Shown one piece after another: positions 40,463 through 52,480 of a stretch of 64,000 bases of DNA. How positions within the stretch are numbered: position 1 is the first letter of the stretch; every line of letters starts with the position of its first letter. Source of the stretch: Oikopleura dioica (Eukaryota; Animalia; Chordata). Made by a program: the position numbers and the translations under genes. The notes beneath the pieces are model-generated. The model saw nothing but the letters and a program-made list of their open reading frames with translations. It did not search any database and was not told the DNA's origin. The stretch lies in contig OU015569.1 of the NCBI GenBank assembly GCA_907165135.1, forward strand, positions 5,704,001 to 5,768,000. The letters are read 5' to 3'.

Positions 40463-42527
40463 AACTTTCTATGTATTTCTATTTATTATAAAACGTAAAA
40501 TATTTATTCTTCCACCTTATTTTTTACATCTACAATAAAATTCTATAAAAAAAAAAGAACTTGTATAGCGAGTTCGATGAACGAAGCTTGCAAGAATGCG
40601 AGATTCTATTATCAAATTAGCCGTTAACGTTTTGGTGAAAATTTGCAGATTTTCTTTTTGATTAACTGGAACATGCTCTTGTGCGGTTTTACCCCCGCGT
40701 GTCCGCATTAACACGGTTCCTGGTGAATTATTTTAGTTCGAAACAGAAATCGTTGTCTAATGAGCTTTAAAAGTCTGTCATCATAGTTCAAAACCAATTT
40801 TGCATAATTTTGCGTAAAGCTTATGCGAGCTGGATTCTTGGAAGATGCGCAAGATGCAATTTAGAATGACAGACAAGGTTTTGCGGCGCTAGAATTATTA
40901 TTAACAGCTGTGATTGCGCGATGAGGCGAGGAAAGTTCATATAGATAAATCACTCTCCCAATGAATAATTTAGTTCCGTTTCTGCAATCTCTTCGATCGT
41001 GTTGAGGATGAGACTCATCAATCAACAGTCCTGTCGTCGGCTGAGACTTAGTACTGATCTTTCTTTTTATCACCTCAAACTCATTCAGTTGTTCCTCTTT
41101 ACTTGCGAAGCTATAAATATTCTAACGTACCCGCGCGAGTTCGTTTGATTTGCGATTGATAAAAAATAACATTGGTTTCGGGTATGAAATTAACCGATGG
41201 TGTTCTAACAAATTTAAGTATAAAAACCGTTTTATTCTTGAGATTCTCGGGGGCGCCTGGTTTGGTGGTCCAGGACGTGGCTCGGACATGATGAGCGATG
41301 AAAAATCATCGAGTCTTGTTCGATTCCCGAAAAAACTTGTCTTTGAGGCCTAACTTCATCGTCAAACTTTCAAATTGTCCCGTGCTTTGTAACTTCAGGA
41401 CAATTCCTGAAGTTCAGAAAGCAAGATCTGATCTGAGTACCTGATGACTGAGGTAAAATGACTGAGACTTCGATCGAGAACGAACGGTCGAGAAAAACCG
41501 TAAACGACGACGAGCCTCGCCAGCTCTGGAGGTTCTTTCGGGTCCCCACTAGTAGAGGATAAATTATTTCGACACTGCCTGGACAACAGTGAAGAGTATA
41601 GGGATTCCTCATGCCGCCCGGAAGTTTTTGCAAATTTTTGTTTCAATTCAAAAGAAGATTCAGCGTAAATCTGTACTAAACCGTGCTTTTAGGGAGTTAT
41701 GTACACCTGTAAGTGTGAATATTCTGCTCATAAACATTTGTGGCTCGCACTATTACCATGATGAAAGCTGAATTTCCTGATTGCTGCAAGATTCGCAAAA
41801 GAGTGTTGAAAGGCTCTCTATTTCAAGAGTTTCTGAGTTCGCGGAGTCCCCAACGTGCATCAGACCCAGTTCCAGAGAATTGACAGTTTGAACATGAACA
41901 CACAAAAGAATTTCAGGTCAAAATCCAATAATACCAGCAGGTACACTATGAAGACTGAATAACGGTTATTTGATCAAATTTTCAGTATTTTGAGTCCATC
42001 CGACATGAGTCGAATTCTAGCAGTTCGAGAGCGTATGGACAGGCAATGCGAGCAAGACCTTGTTACCCTAAAGGAAATGGGGCAGCTATTATTTTGCTTA
42101 GACGAAAGTAAAACTTGCAAGTAATTTACCCACATACAGGCATCTAACAGATTAGTGTCAACATGCCGAGGACTGAGACGACGCGTTGAAACACTCGAAA
42201 GGGTAAAAATGACTAATGACAGAAAAAAGTAAATCAAATTTAGGTGACACGTGATAATCAAGTGAGGATCGTTGATTTGTCCTCAGATACTAGAGATATC
42301 AACAAACTGCTTGGTAGGGGCATAAATTATGCATTCATATTGAAATATTTATCTCTAGTGAAAATGTCAAATCGTGATATTCGACGCCTGCCACAGGATG
42401 CTATTGATGCTGCGAAACGAGCTAGAAATCCTTGGAATCTCTGACTCCATTTTTGACAAATTTGTACAGAATACAAAGATTTATGTTTAAGTAGGTGTAT
42501 TTTTCATTAAAATACAGTATTTTATAT

Positions 42528-44303
42528 TCAATAAATTAGCAGGCCTGATCCTTCTTCGGTACAGTGACTTTTTACTATATCGCCAGCGTAGTTCACCTGA
42601 AGCTGAGCAGATTTTCTTGCTTTGACTCGTTTTTCGGTCGAACAGGACGGCAAGGTATCGAATAAATCCCAAAGCATTGTTGTGAGTTCATCCAATGATT
42701 CGCATGGATCAGCTTGATCAAAAGCCCCGTCTTCCACAATTATTACAGAACTTGCATCGTCGTAGTTGTAATCGAAGTTTTCAAAGCGATGAATTGTTAA
42801 TGGAAACATGTTTTCTAAATCGCCCCCGATGATGTGTCTTCTGTGAGTACTAAGCATTTCTCCAACGGTTTGGAAAAGTGATGTAAGGTCCGATGGAATT
42901 GTTTCAGGGCATTGGTGGATCTCGAAATGCTCTGCAAGATGAGCTATATTTAAATATGATGAATATGATTAAAGAATAGCGTGATTTACCTAAAGACTGA
43001 TAGAAGTATTTAATTTTCAGCCAAAGATCTTCATCCACTGTTCTATCTAAAATCCCATTCACTTTTGTGTTGAACTTCCAATAAGCCTTCTGGAAATCGA
43101 ATCTATCATTAACCGCGACATAAACATTTTGTGCGTCTTCTGCTAGCAATATCTTATTAGTGTTTTGCAATTTTGTGTCTTCGAGTTTAACTTCTGTTGT
43201 CTTGGAAGTGGTAGAACTTGGAATCGTGCCCGGAGATTCACTAGTCGTAGTTGTTTTAGTCGACGCAGTTGTTGACACAGTCGAAGACATGGAACGTGTA
43301 ATTATAGTTGTAGTTGTTGAGGTTGTGGTTGTTGTTAAAGCAGCAGTAGCAGTGGTGACTTTTGACGATATTGTTGTGCTTGTTGTTGTAGTTATAGGCT
43401 TAGTCGTAGTCGTAATTGTCGTAGTTGTTGTTGTCGTAGTCGTCGTAATCGTAGTTGTCGTTTTCCTAGTCATAGTAGTTAGCGTTGAAGTAGTCGTAGT
43501 TGTTGTTGTGGTAGTCGTGGTTGTTTTTGTGATAGTCGTGGTCGTTGGTGTAGTCGTAGTTATGGTTGTGGTTGTTGTCGTATCCATGATGGTCGTCGTA
43601 GTCCTAGTTGTGGTTTTGGTCGTAGCCGTGGTCGTGATCGTAGTCGTGGTGGTGGTCGTTGCCGTGGTCGTAGTCGTGGTCGTAGTCGTGGTCGTAGTCG
43701 TGGTAGTCGTGGTGGTAGTTGTCATAGTCGTCGTCGTGATCATAGTCGTTGTTGTTGTTGTGGTAGTCTCAGTCGCTGTTGTAGATGTAGAAGTAGTCTT
43801 TGTTGTCGTTTTAGTGGTACTCGTAGTTGTAGTTGTTTTTGTCGTGGTGCTTCGTTTTGTTGTTGGCGTTTCAACTACTCCCGCGAAATAAACGCACATA
43901 TGAGCATCGTTGCCTGTATTTTGGTAGTAAATCTAAATTTTGAATTCACCTAATTTCTCGTTTAACCTTACAAACCTCGGCCGCTTTTTCATATTCTCTC
44001 GGACATCGATGTAGCGCAAATTTTGATCGCTTTCCGGTGCAGCACTGACCTTCATTTCCACAATAGCGACAGTCGCGAACTGTTTCGACATCGCTTACCC
44101 ATGGATACCAGGAGTTCTAAATGATCAACATTTCTCTTTCGAAATGTGTGATTTACCTTGCAGGGATGATAGCACTGGTCCCACCAGCTATCCCCGATCT
44201 CCCAAGTCGTCGTCCATTTGTTTCCAAAGACTTTCACGCCTGCATCGGTCCTCACACCGTAAAACTCAGCTCTCAGTATGGGAAATATTAAAAGAAAAAA
44301 CAT
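42528..44303 (-). CDS. Secreted mucin-like protein: signal peptide, Cys-rich domain, ~200-aa Thr-rich tract, C-terminal globular part
   Basis: MFFLLIFPILRA signal; CYHPCK/NSWYPW...DCRYCGNEGQCCTG; 331-aa T-rich ORF; spliced C-terminal ORF 42528..42857. Confidence 0.75.
43250..43870 (-). repeat. Degenerate Thr-codon tandem repeat (PTS/mucin tract)
   Basis: Continuous ACN codons on the minus strand. Confidence 0.92.
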
Positions 44304-44676
44304 TCTCTGCAAATCAAAAGCTAAAAACTAAAATTTCAAACTCGCTTTTATGAAATCTCCTGAGTCAAAAATTTCAGCTGCAAATCCGGCTGTTATTTTC
44401 ATTTTCACAAATATAGTTCATATAGTCTTATCAACCGCTTCATCACCCAATGAGTTTAGAAAGGAAGGTAAATTCATTTCCTTTAGGGTAAGGGTTAGGG
44501 TAAGTCTTTTTAGACAGAAATTGTTATGCTGAAAATACGCAGATAAGAAATCTCGATTTTCATCTGATATTTTAGCGACGCAATTGGCCGCTAAAACAGT
44601 TTCGAAAACCGGTCAAAACGGGTGCAGACTGATTTTACCCCAGATTTCGCTGTCTAAGTTTTTTCCTTATTGAAAA

Positions 44677-45228
44677 ATGTACTTTATCGTTACGTACAAG
44701 GAATACAACAAGGACAAATCGCTCGAAACCGAAGAGAGTGACTCGTCTCCTGAAAGAAAACGTCGAAAAATAGAGCCATACTCGGAATCGTCCAACTCGG
44801 ACTTGTCGGACTCCGAAACGTCGGAAGATTCATTAGGAGAGGATGAAATCACGAAGGAAGAGTTCAAACCTTGGGTGAGAAACATCGTTGATAACGGGAT
44901 ACCAAAAGAAAAGGAGCCGGAGATAAAGAAGCTTAAAAAACATCTCCTCAGATGTAAGAAAGCGCTTGTAGAGACGATTCGAAGAAGAAAACATAAAATC
45001 GTAAAATTGGGGAAAATCGCTGAAAGAACAGCTCATGTGCAAAAGAAGAAAAACATCGACGAAGTAAAACGAGAAGAAATCCTCAAGCGCTGTGCGAAAG
45101 ACAAGACGAATGAAGAGAAAAAACTGCGCAAGATTGAACGGCGCATGAGAAACATCAAGGAGCGAAAACAGAAGATCGCATCCCAGCTTTTTCAACTCAC
45201 TGTTTTTGTAGCACATGTTACACATTGA
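44677..45228 (+). CDS. Single-exon hypothetical charged (S/E then K/R-rich) protein
   Basis: 183-aa uninterrupted ORF containing an NLS-like PERKRRK and a coiled-coil-like tail. Confidence 0.5.
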   Translation: MYFIVTYKEYNKDKSLETEESDSSPERKRRKIEPYSESSNSDLSDSETSEDSLGEDEITKEEFKPWVRNIVDNGIPKEKEPEIKKLKKHLLRCKKALVETIRRRKHKIVKLGKIAERTAHVQKKKNIDEVKREEILKRCAKDKTNEEKKLRKIERRMRNIKERKQKIASQLFQLTVFVAHVTH

Positions 45229-45489
45229 GATACTGTATTTCTCCTGCAGGGACATTTTGAAATAATACAAACTGTATTTAGTGATATTCTTGTTTTATTT
45301 GTGGTCCACAAATTGCGGAGAAAGCGATTTTGAGAGGGCAGTTATTTATAAACGGATGATATCTTTTGTTGCATTAATGGGGACAATGAAGACAATAAAC
45401 AGTTTTGTTCAGTTCTTTCTTGTATATCAGTTGAAGGGCGTCGGTATCATTTTATGTACAAGTGTGCCGATGAAGTTTCTCATCAGAAG

Positions 45490-46230
45490 TCCTTAATTTC
45501 TAAATGGATTTCGTCGCAAATGCTGGACTCGTAAGATTCACCTTCACAAAGTCAAGGCTCTGTAGAAGATGAACACTTCATTTGGCAAAATCTCAATTTC
45601 ATCGAGCACAAGGAGAGCCTGCATTGTTATTTTAGCTATTTTCCAATTCATATAAAACCAAAAACCATAGAACATGCCTTCGATAACAGCCCAGAAGTAC
45701 GCCCAGATCTTCATTCGTCGTTGAGCTCGTTCTCCATATTGTGACCATCGCAGTATTCGTAAGATTCTGGTTTCAACCGTATAGCATCTATCGCTAGCAT
45801 CGCAAAAGCTGCAGATCGGATGAGTCTCTTCGTTAATCCAGGGGAAAACGAAGCTCTATAAACAGGTACAAGAAAGCCAATCTTTTAACGAACCTGACAA
45901 TGAGGATAAGAAATGTTCACTTGTCCGTTGTCACGTGTAATTTGAAAGCACATCTGATTCTCCTTGTCGATTAATCCAGCGACTAAGCGTCTCTTTGGAA
46001 TGATAGGGTAGGCCTGAACGACAAAATATACGAAAAATATGATTTTCATTTTGCTTGATTTCTGAAAGAAATGAAGGTCTTATAAGCATGGAAAAAAAAA
46101 CTAAAGAAATTTGTCGAATCATCGGTTCGAACCACTTCTTTTCTATGGGAAAACTAAGGTGACAAAATTCGGCGCCCTTCATGTTAGCTATCAGTTCGGG
46201 ATTTTGCATTGCGAACACATTCATAATTCG
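45490..46230 (-). CDS. Possible membrane protein; structure unresolved
   Basis: Exon-like ORF with CSFCDASDRC followed by hydrophobic IWAYFWAVIEGMFYGFWFYM. Confidence 0.3.
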
Positions 46231-46539
46231 AGAACAGATTATCTATTACTCGAATAAACTTAGGAAAGGTATTCCGAATTTCGGAACAGTTTCTATTTAG
46301 CAGAAACTGATTGAGAAAAAATGGGAACGAGGTAACAGATTTTTACTGAAAGCGAAACCCTGAGGAGTCCTTATGCTTGCTTTCATTTCGAGATTTTTCA
46401 TTGCGTTTTTTCTCAAAATTTTTTATAGAAATTGATAACCTAAACGAGACAAATTTGTTTATGTATTTGTGGATGTATTTTAAGATTGAGTTTCAATACC
46501 TCAGACGCACTGAACTTTTGAACTTAACAATTTCAGATC

Positions 46540-47530
46540 TTAGTCAATGTGGAAACTTTCAGTTTCTGCGACAGAAGTTTCTTCAGACGTAGCTTTTTGG
46601 GTAGTTGTCGTTGTGGGATTTTCAGTACTTGTTGTGGCCGTAGAAGTTGTAGTTGTACTCGTCGTGGTAGTAGTTGTGGAAGTTGTGGTAGTTGAGATTG
46701 TGGAAGTGGTCGATGTTGTGGTTGTGGTGGTAGTGGTCGCTTGAAAAGATTATTATTTGAAAAAACTTGACTTTGTAGTTACTTGAGGTAGTAGACGACG
46801 TTGTTGTAGTAGTAGTGGTGGTTGTAGTCGTACTGGTGGTCGTTGTGGTTGTTGTTGTGGAGGTCGTTGTTGCTGAAATAAATTTTAAACATGTTTAGAA
46901 AATACATTATGGTTACTTGTAGAAGTAGTTGTCGTAGAAATGGAAGTCGTTGTTGTTGTTGTTGTTGTTGTAGTAGTAGTGGTAGCTTGAAAAAAAAATT
47001 TTGCGATATTTTATGAATAAGATAATTACTAGTGCTTGTTGTGCTCGTTGTCGTGGTCATAGTCGTATAAGTTGTTGGAATTAATTCAGTTCGTTGAAAG
47101 TAAATGCAGACGTGATGGGCATTGTCGGTCTGTCGATAAAACTCCTGCAAAATGATCAAAGTTGAATTAAAAAGGGTTCTTTTGTACCTCAGCAGCTCGT
47201 TCAAACTCGGGCGAGCAATTGTGCAAATGAAATTTGTGCCATCGTCCCGTGCAACATTGACCTCCGGTTCCGCAATAGGAGCAATGGCGAACAGTAGCTA
47301 CGTGGTTATCCCAAGGATACCAAGAATCCTATATAATTTTTAACTTTCTTTGAAAACCCTATTTTTATAAATACCTTGCATGGATGGTAGCAATGGTTGG
47401 TAAAGTGATCCTGAGCGTACCAGACGGATCGGTAGTTCCCTGAGTCAGTAGTGAAATATCTATCATGGCGCGCCAAAGGGATCAAGGAAGAAGCTCCGAG
47501 GGAAAAAATAGCTGAAATAAAAACCCACAT
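46540..47530 (-). CDS. Second mucin-like paralog (signal peptide, same Cys-rich domain, Thr-rich exons)
   Basis: MWVFISAIFSLGASS; CYHPCK/DSWYPW...HCSYCGTGGQCCTG; HHVCIYF then T-rich exons. Confidence 0.72.
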
Positions 47531-48282
47531 TTCTCGTTCTGAGTCTCTCTTCGACTGATAGTCTCAAAGCAAAAACATCGAAAACTCTTTGGAAATTTCC
47601 ATCCAGCTGCGAAAAAGAATAAAAACAGCATATTTTCGAATTACGAAAAGTTTTGTTGAATTAAACTTCCAAATATGGCAAGCTGCCTACAGAATATTTG
47701 AAGGATTCAGAGGCCGTGGAAGGTGTTTCAACGGAATTGGTTCTACTTCCGAGACGTCTTGACTCGGAAACTACAAGTTTGATAAAGCCTTGTCGAGAGG
47801 TTTTGCGGAAGGAAGGAAGGAGTCGGGCACACACAAAGTCACTTCCACCACTGTTGAAGCACAATGATCCCGAGAGAATTTAAAATTATCAACTCACGCG
47901 CTCTCGGACACACTTAAGACATCACCTTAATTTTGTTTTACATCATGAATTTCATTCATTAATTTCTTGGTAAGAGCTATATTTGTTATTATTTAAGATT
48001 AATGAAGAATGAGGCTGAAAAGTTTTCTTTGTGTTTGTCATCATTTTGTTTATTCATTTGGTTGATGGTTTTTTCGGGCGGACGAACATGATATGCAGTT
48101 TTACAAGTGAACTGTTTGAAATGAGAAAATCAGAAGCTTGAAAAAATCTTTTATAATATTTACACTTATATAAATAAACAGGATAAGTACGTGTCCAAAT
48201 TACACAAGAGAGATAGTAGGGTCGTTTGTGGTGTTTTGTTTCGCTAAGCTTTCTGTCTTGATTGGGTTTGACAGTGGGACAT

Positions 48283-48994
48283 TTACTTGCAGTTATGCGG
48301 ACATTTACAGCCAGGTAGAAGTGCGTTTTGCGTGCGCTGTACAGCCCAGTGCCCAGCTTTGTAGATGGGATAGATTACTAAGCAGGGAAGGAACATCGTG
48401 ACTGCGCCCAAGAGCATCCATCGAAATGTACAGCCCTGTTGGGAGCAAGAGGCCGGCGTGTCTGACAGCTGTCGCTTCAAATGGGAGTCCTCATCGTAGG
48501 TGAGATGATATGCACATGCCTTTATCGCCCAAAGACAACTTACCCTGTCAACAGCCTGTTGCGCAGGGTGACACGATGCTTCCAAGTCGATCCTTGGCAC
48601 GGTGCATTTGGCGCAAGTGCAGCGTTTGCACTGCGGACAGAGGTAACCGTGGCGGCCGGGGCGGGGCTGGGACTCTTGACGAACCGGCTCGCATCGAACA
48701 ACCTCGCGGCGGAGAATCTCGTCAAGCGTCGGAGGTCGGCAGATCGCAGCGCTAGGCAGGGGCGAGCTTCGAAGGCAAGAGTCGTCGCGGTTGGACGCGC
48801 GCAGCCACTTTGGCTTTGGGGGCACGGGTGGAGGAAGGGCCAGCGAGCCGGACAGCGACGGCACCCGACTCAGATGTAGAGGCTTCGATGGGCGTGGAGG
48901 CACGGTCGGGCGAAAGCTTGACATCTCCTCGACATAGTTGTTGGTGATGGCGATGGGTTGAGGGCGAGCAAGACGGCCTGTTGATTTCTTTTCA
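48283..48994 (-). CDS. SPRY: Sprouty (Cys-rich SPR domain); the coding exon is open to a splice acceptor at 48994, so the true start is probably upstream
   Basis: CPQCKRCTCAKC, VDRVSCLWAIKACAYH, SDTPASCS, RWMLLGAVTMFLPCLVIYP and PGCKC; in-frame NNYVE motif upstream of the first Met. Confidence 0.93.
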
Positions 48995-49370
48995 CTGAAA
49001 TAACACTTTGAAATTTGTTCAACTTATAAAAAAGTTAATACAGTGGCGTAAATCTTAAGCGCGATAGTTAGTGATAGAGAAAATTTACGCTCGTGGCAGT
49101 TATTCGCTCACTTAGTGACGTAAAATTGGCCCCCTTATTTGTCAGCTTATAAAAGTCAAGAAGCAACATATTCTGAGCGATGGAGCGGAAATCGGCAGGA
49201 ACGGAAATATTAGGGTATTATCGAAGTTCCACCTCTGAACTTATCACTTGCCGCGCGCAGATGGGTTTGATTTAGGAGGTGCAAGACTGTGAGGATTATC
49301 TTGAGTGTGATAACATTTCAGATGATTTCTACTTCCTTTATCCACTTAACTCATAAATGGACTTGTCAGT

Positions 49371-52300
49371 CGGAAGTAATCACTCATTCTCCAGCCACGG
49401 GATAAAAATATAGTTGTAAAAAGTGCGCACCGTGGCAAATAGCTGGCAAAAAAAACAAAATCTTAAAAAGGGGGATTAATTTAGGAAGTCTTTGGGCTAT
49501 TTTCGGTGGCAATTTCAATGACTCCGTTTCAGTTCCATCGTGGCGCGACTGCCTGGCTCCTTAGCCATTTCCCCTCAGAGCTAAGCCCTTACTTCCGCTT
49601 TCATGAAGCTTAAATTTTACGCGTATGGCGCCTAGCACCAGCGCTTCTCACGGGCGCTCTTCATTTCGGAAAGAGTAGTTCGGCAACTCGCGATATTCGT
49701 ATTTCCGAGTTTGTTCGTCCGAATATTTGCACGGAAGTTCTAAAAAACTCGGCTGTGTGTGTCCAAAAAAATGCCCACAGGAAGCGTAGGCGCTGAGCGG
49801 AAGTACGCTCGCTGATATCGTGTGGGACCGCGGCGATAGTTATCACCCTCTTTCCCTGTTTTAGCTCGATGTGGCTGTTCGAAAGTGTGTGGGGATATTT
49901 CCGGCGCGCCCTGTGCACTCCGCCGCCGCCATGCCGGTGGTGGAGCTCTGAGTCGCTGCTTCATTTCCGGTGGAGTCAATCAGACGCCGCTCGATTTGAC
50001 TGGAAGTCGCCTCTCCCACTTTTCGCGTAAATAAATAAATTAAACTTATATGTATATGTTCGCGAGTAGAGGAAACGGAAACTGCCTCCGCCTCGAGATT
50101 TGCTCAACCACAAATGGCCGTCGCCGGAAATTGCATTGACCAGTCTCCATCCGGTTAAATTAATCCGAAGAGCCAGAACGGACGCCCGACCTCCAGCCGA
50201 AGAGACCACCCCAGCGAATTCCCTCGTTACTTCACCCATTAAAATTAAAGATAAGCCGCTTTACTCGCTGGCGTTTTCCTTGAAGCTCAGAGGAGGACTC
50301 GAAAGAGCGCGGACTCGGAAGAGCGCGGTCGAGGATCTCTGATATGGAAGTAAATAGCAAGCTTGGAATTGGATGGGGAGGTTGGAAATCGGGGAAAAGG
50401 TTGAATGGCTGAGTGTTTTCGGTGGTCGACGTCCGTGTCGGAAATATCATCGGACATCGTGTCGCGCCGCTTTCCGTCTGCCGCTTAGGGTCAGTTCTGG
50501 CGGCCGCCGTGAGCGTCCGTGCTTTCTCCATTTACTTCCGCTTCCTACTCTACTTCCGCAACAAAACTTCCTTTCCATCGGTATTTGCATGTTACACGGT
50601 CCTTCTGAGATGTTAATTCAAAAGAATTCGCCAGTGAATAAAAAATCTTTTAGGCGACTTCCTCTCATTTGGCATGCTTATCGAAGGACATGGTCATTTT
50701 TTGAAGCTCAAGAGGCATGCTCTCCAAACGCGAGAACGAGTTCTTCAATGCTTCAAAAATGTCAATAAAAATTGAAGGTTAACATCAATACCTTTTTTAT
50801 TGTGTAAAAATGTCACCCCTCAAATTTTGCCCAACGGGAAAAGTTTTTTGCTCACGCTCGAGAAAGAAGGGCTGGAACATTGTTTTTTAACTTTACTCGA
50901 AAGCGGAAGTTTTCACAAGCTATCACTCTGAGTCGAACGCGCAAAAATGGCTTACTTCCGGCCAGCGAAAGCAGTAAATATTAAGACTTGGAATTCCAAA
51001 CAAACGCTATCAGTCGCGCTTTTGATTATATATATAAAGCTTTATCGCCACCGTAAACTTATCCGTTTAAGAAACTGTTACTTACACAAAAGTTGGCTTC
51101 GACATTTCTTCTTCACAAATTCATAAAGCTCTGTTTGATGTGTTCTTCGGTTCTATCTTCTGATTTTTGGAAGCTGGGACTCTCGGGAGGTCGTTGTTAA
51201 AAACGACTGATTTTTCAAAATTTCTCGGTTTTTGAGGTGAAAGGTATAAGAGGGTAGGGAATTCCGTGAAACAAACGCTTCGGCCAGACGATCGCCTCAA
51301 CCGTCGCGCTAGAGCGCTGAACGCCGCGCTCCGCCGTTACAAGCGGCGATGAGGGCGCTAAGGCGCAGAGCCTGGCCGAGCGAATTGCGCTTCTACCGCG
51401 CAAGTAGCGCAACTCTTGCCCGGAAGTACAAGGTGCTAAAGAAGGAAGTGGCTTACATGCATAGCTAAAATGACAATGCCAACTCACACCCTATCTCAAA
51501 AAATCAGAATCTACTTGAAAACTTATTATTTTGATGCAATGGTTACTTTTATCCTTCTTAGAACAATTCTAATATTACATTCGCTTCGTAATTTTTGTAC
51601 ATTCAGTACTTCTGCACTAAAGTCAAGAATAAACGATCTAACCCCGAAAGAGGTGTGAATAGATTTACAAGTAAGACAAAGCGCTAAATTGTCAGAAGAT
51701 AAAAATATCCAAACAAGCAATTTTTAGCCTTAGCACGAGCTCAATATCCCGCGGAGTTGTTTTTTCGCAAGTCAGCAATGTCTGCACTCTCTTTGCAGAT
51801 TACAGCTGATTACAGGCTTCGTGGAGCCATATTGCGCCGCGGAATTCATGCCAGAAGCACCTGTAGTCGGTCTGTACATGTGTTCAAAATCAGTAGCTAA
51901 CCTCAGTAGAACAGGTTTGCTAAAAGAAGTCCAATTCGAACCGATCAGTTATATGATGCAAGTCATCTCTGAAGCAGACTGTAATGCAAAAGTAACTGAG
52001 TTGGTAGCTTTGACCCATTTTCGCTGGCCGGAGTCCATTAGATCGGGAGCACGATTTTATTCGCTTTGAAAGTTCGACAAAGGTAACCTACTAACCGCAC
52101 ATGAGTGAGCACTATCAAGCTTGATGTCTTTACTTGAGGTGTCACGTGATCGTTATCCTTTCTGATGATCCGACGGAATTGGACGGCGACCTCCTAAAAT
52201 CGCCGGAACTTCAAACGCACCCCTCGCATCAGTAAATACACAATTTACTTAATACGAAGAGTTAACAGTCCAGAAATGACGCGCCTTCCCCGTGATTTAC

Positions 52301-52480
52301 GAGTCCTAAGTCACCAAATGCAGACTTCAAATGCTTGACTGGAATCTAAGCAGAGGGCAAATTAACAACGCCACTGATCTAGCTACGGAAGCAGCGGCAA
52401 AACGGAAGTCGCCAGAGCGCCTTTGTCAATTGTGGCCGCTCGGATTTTGTTGTTCTTTGTGTGCAAAAACGACACTTCCG
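49371..52480. promoter_or_regulatory. ETS-site-dense candidate enhancer/promoter region of Sprouty
   Basis: 11 exact CGGAAGT/ACTTCCG matches counted by eye in ~3.1 kb. Confidence 0.7.

Noticed and set aside
43160-43891. 243-aa Val-rich ORF on the + strand (also 46547..46744 and 31255..31611)
   Set aside because: Antisense shadows of Thr-codon repeats in the mucin and protease genes
49661-50768. Overlapping GC-rich ORFs upstream of Sprouty as independent genes
   Set aside because: ORFs occur in many frames on both strands with no homology or consistent splice pattern; better explained as GC-rich regulatory/UTR sequence
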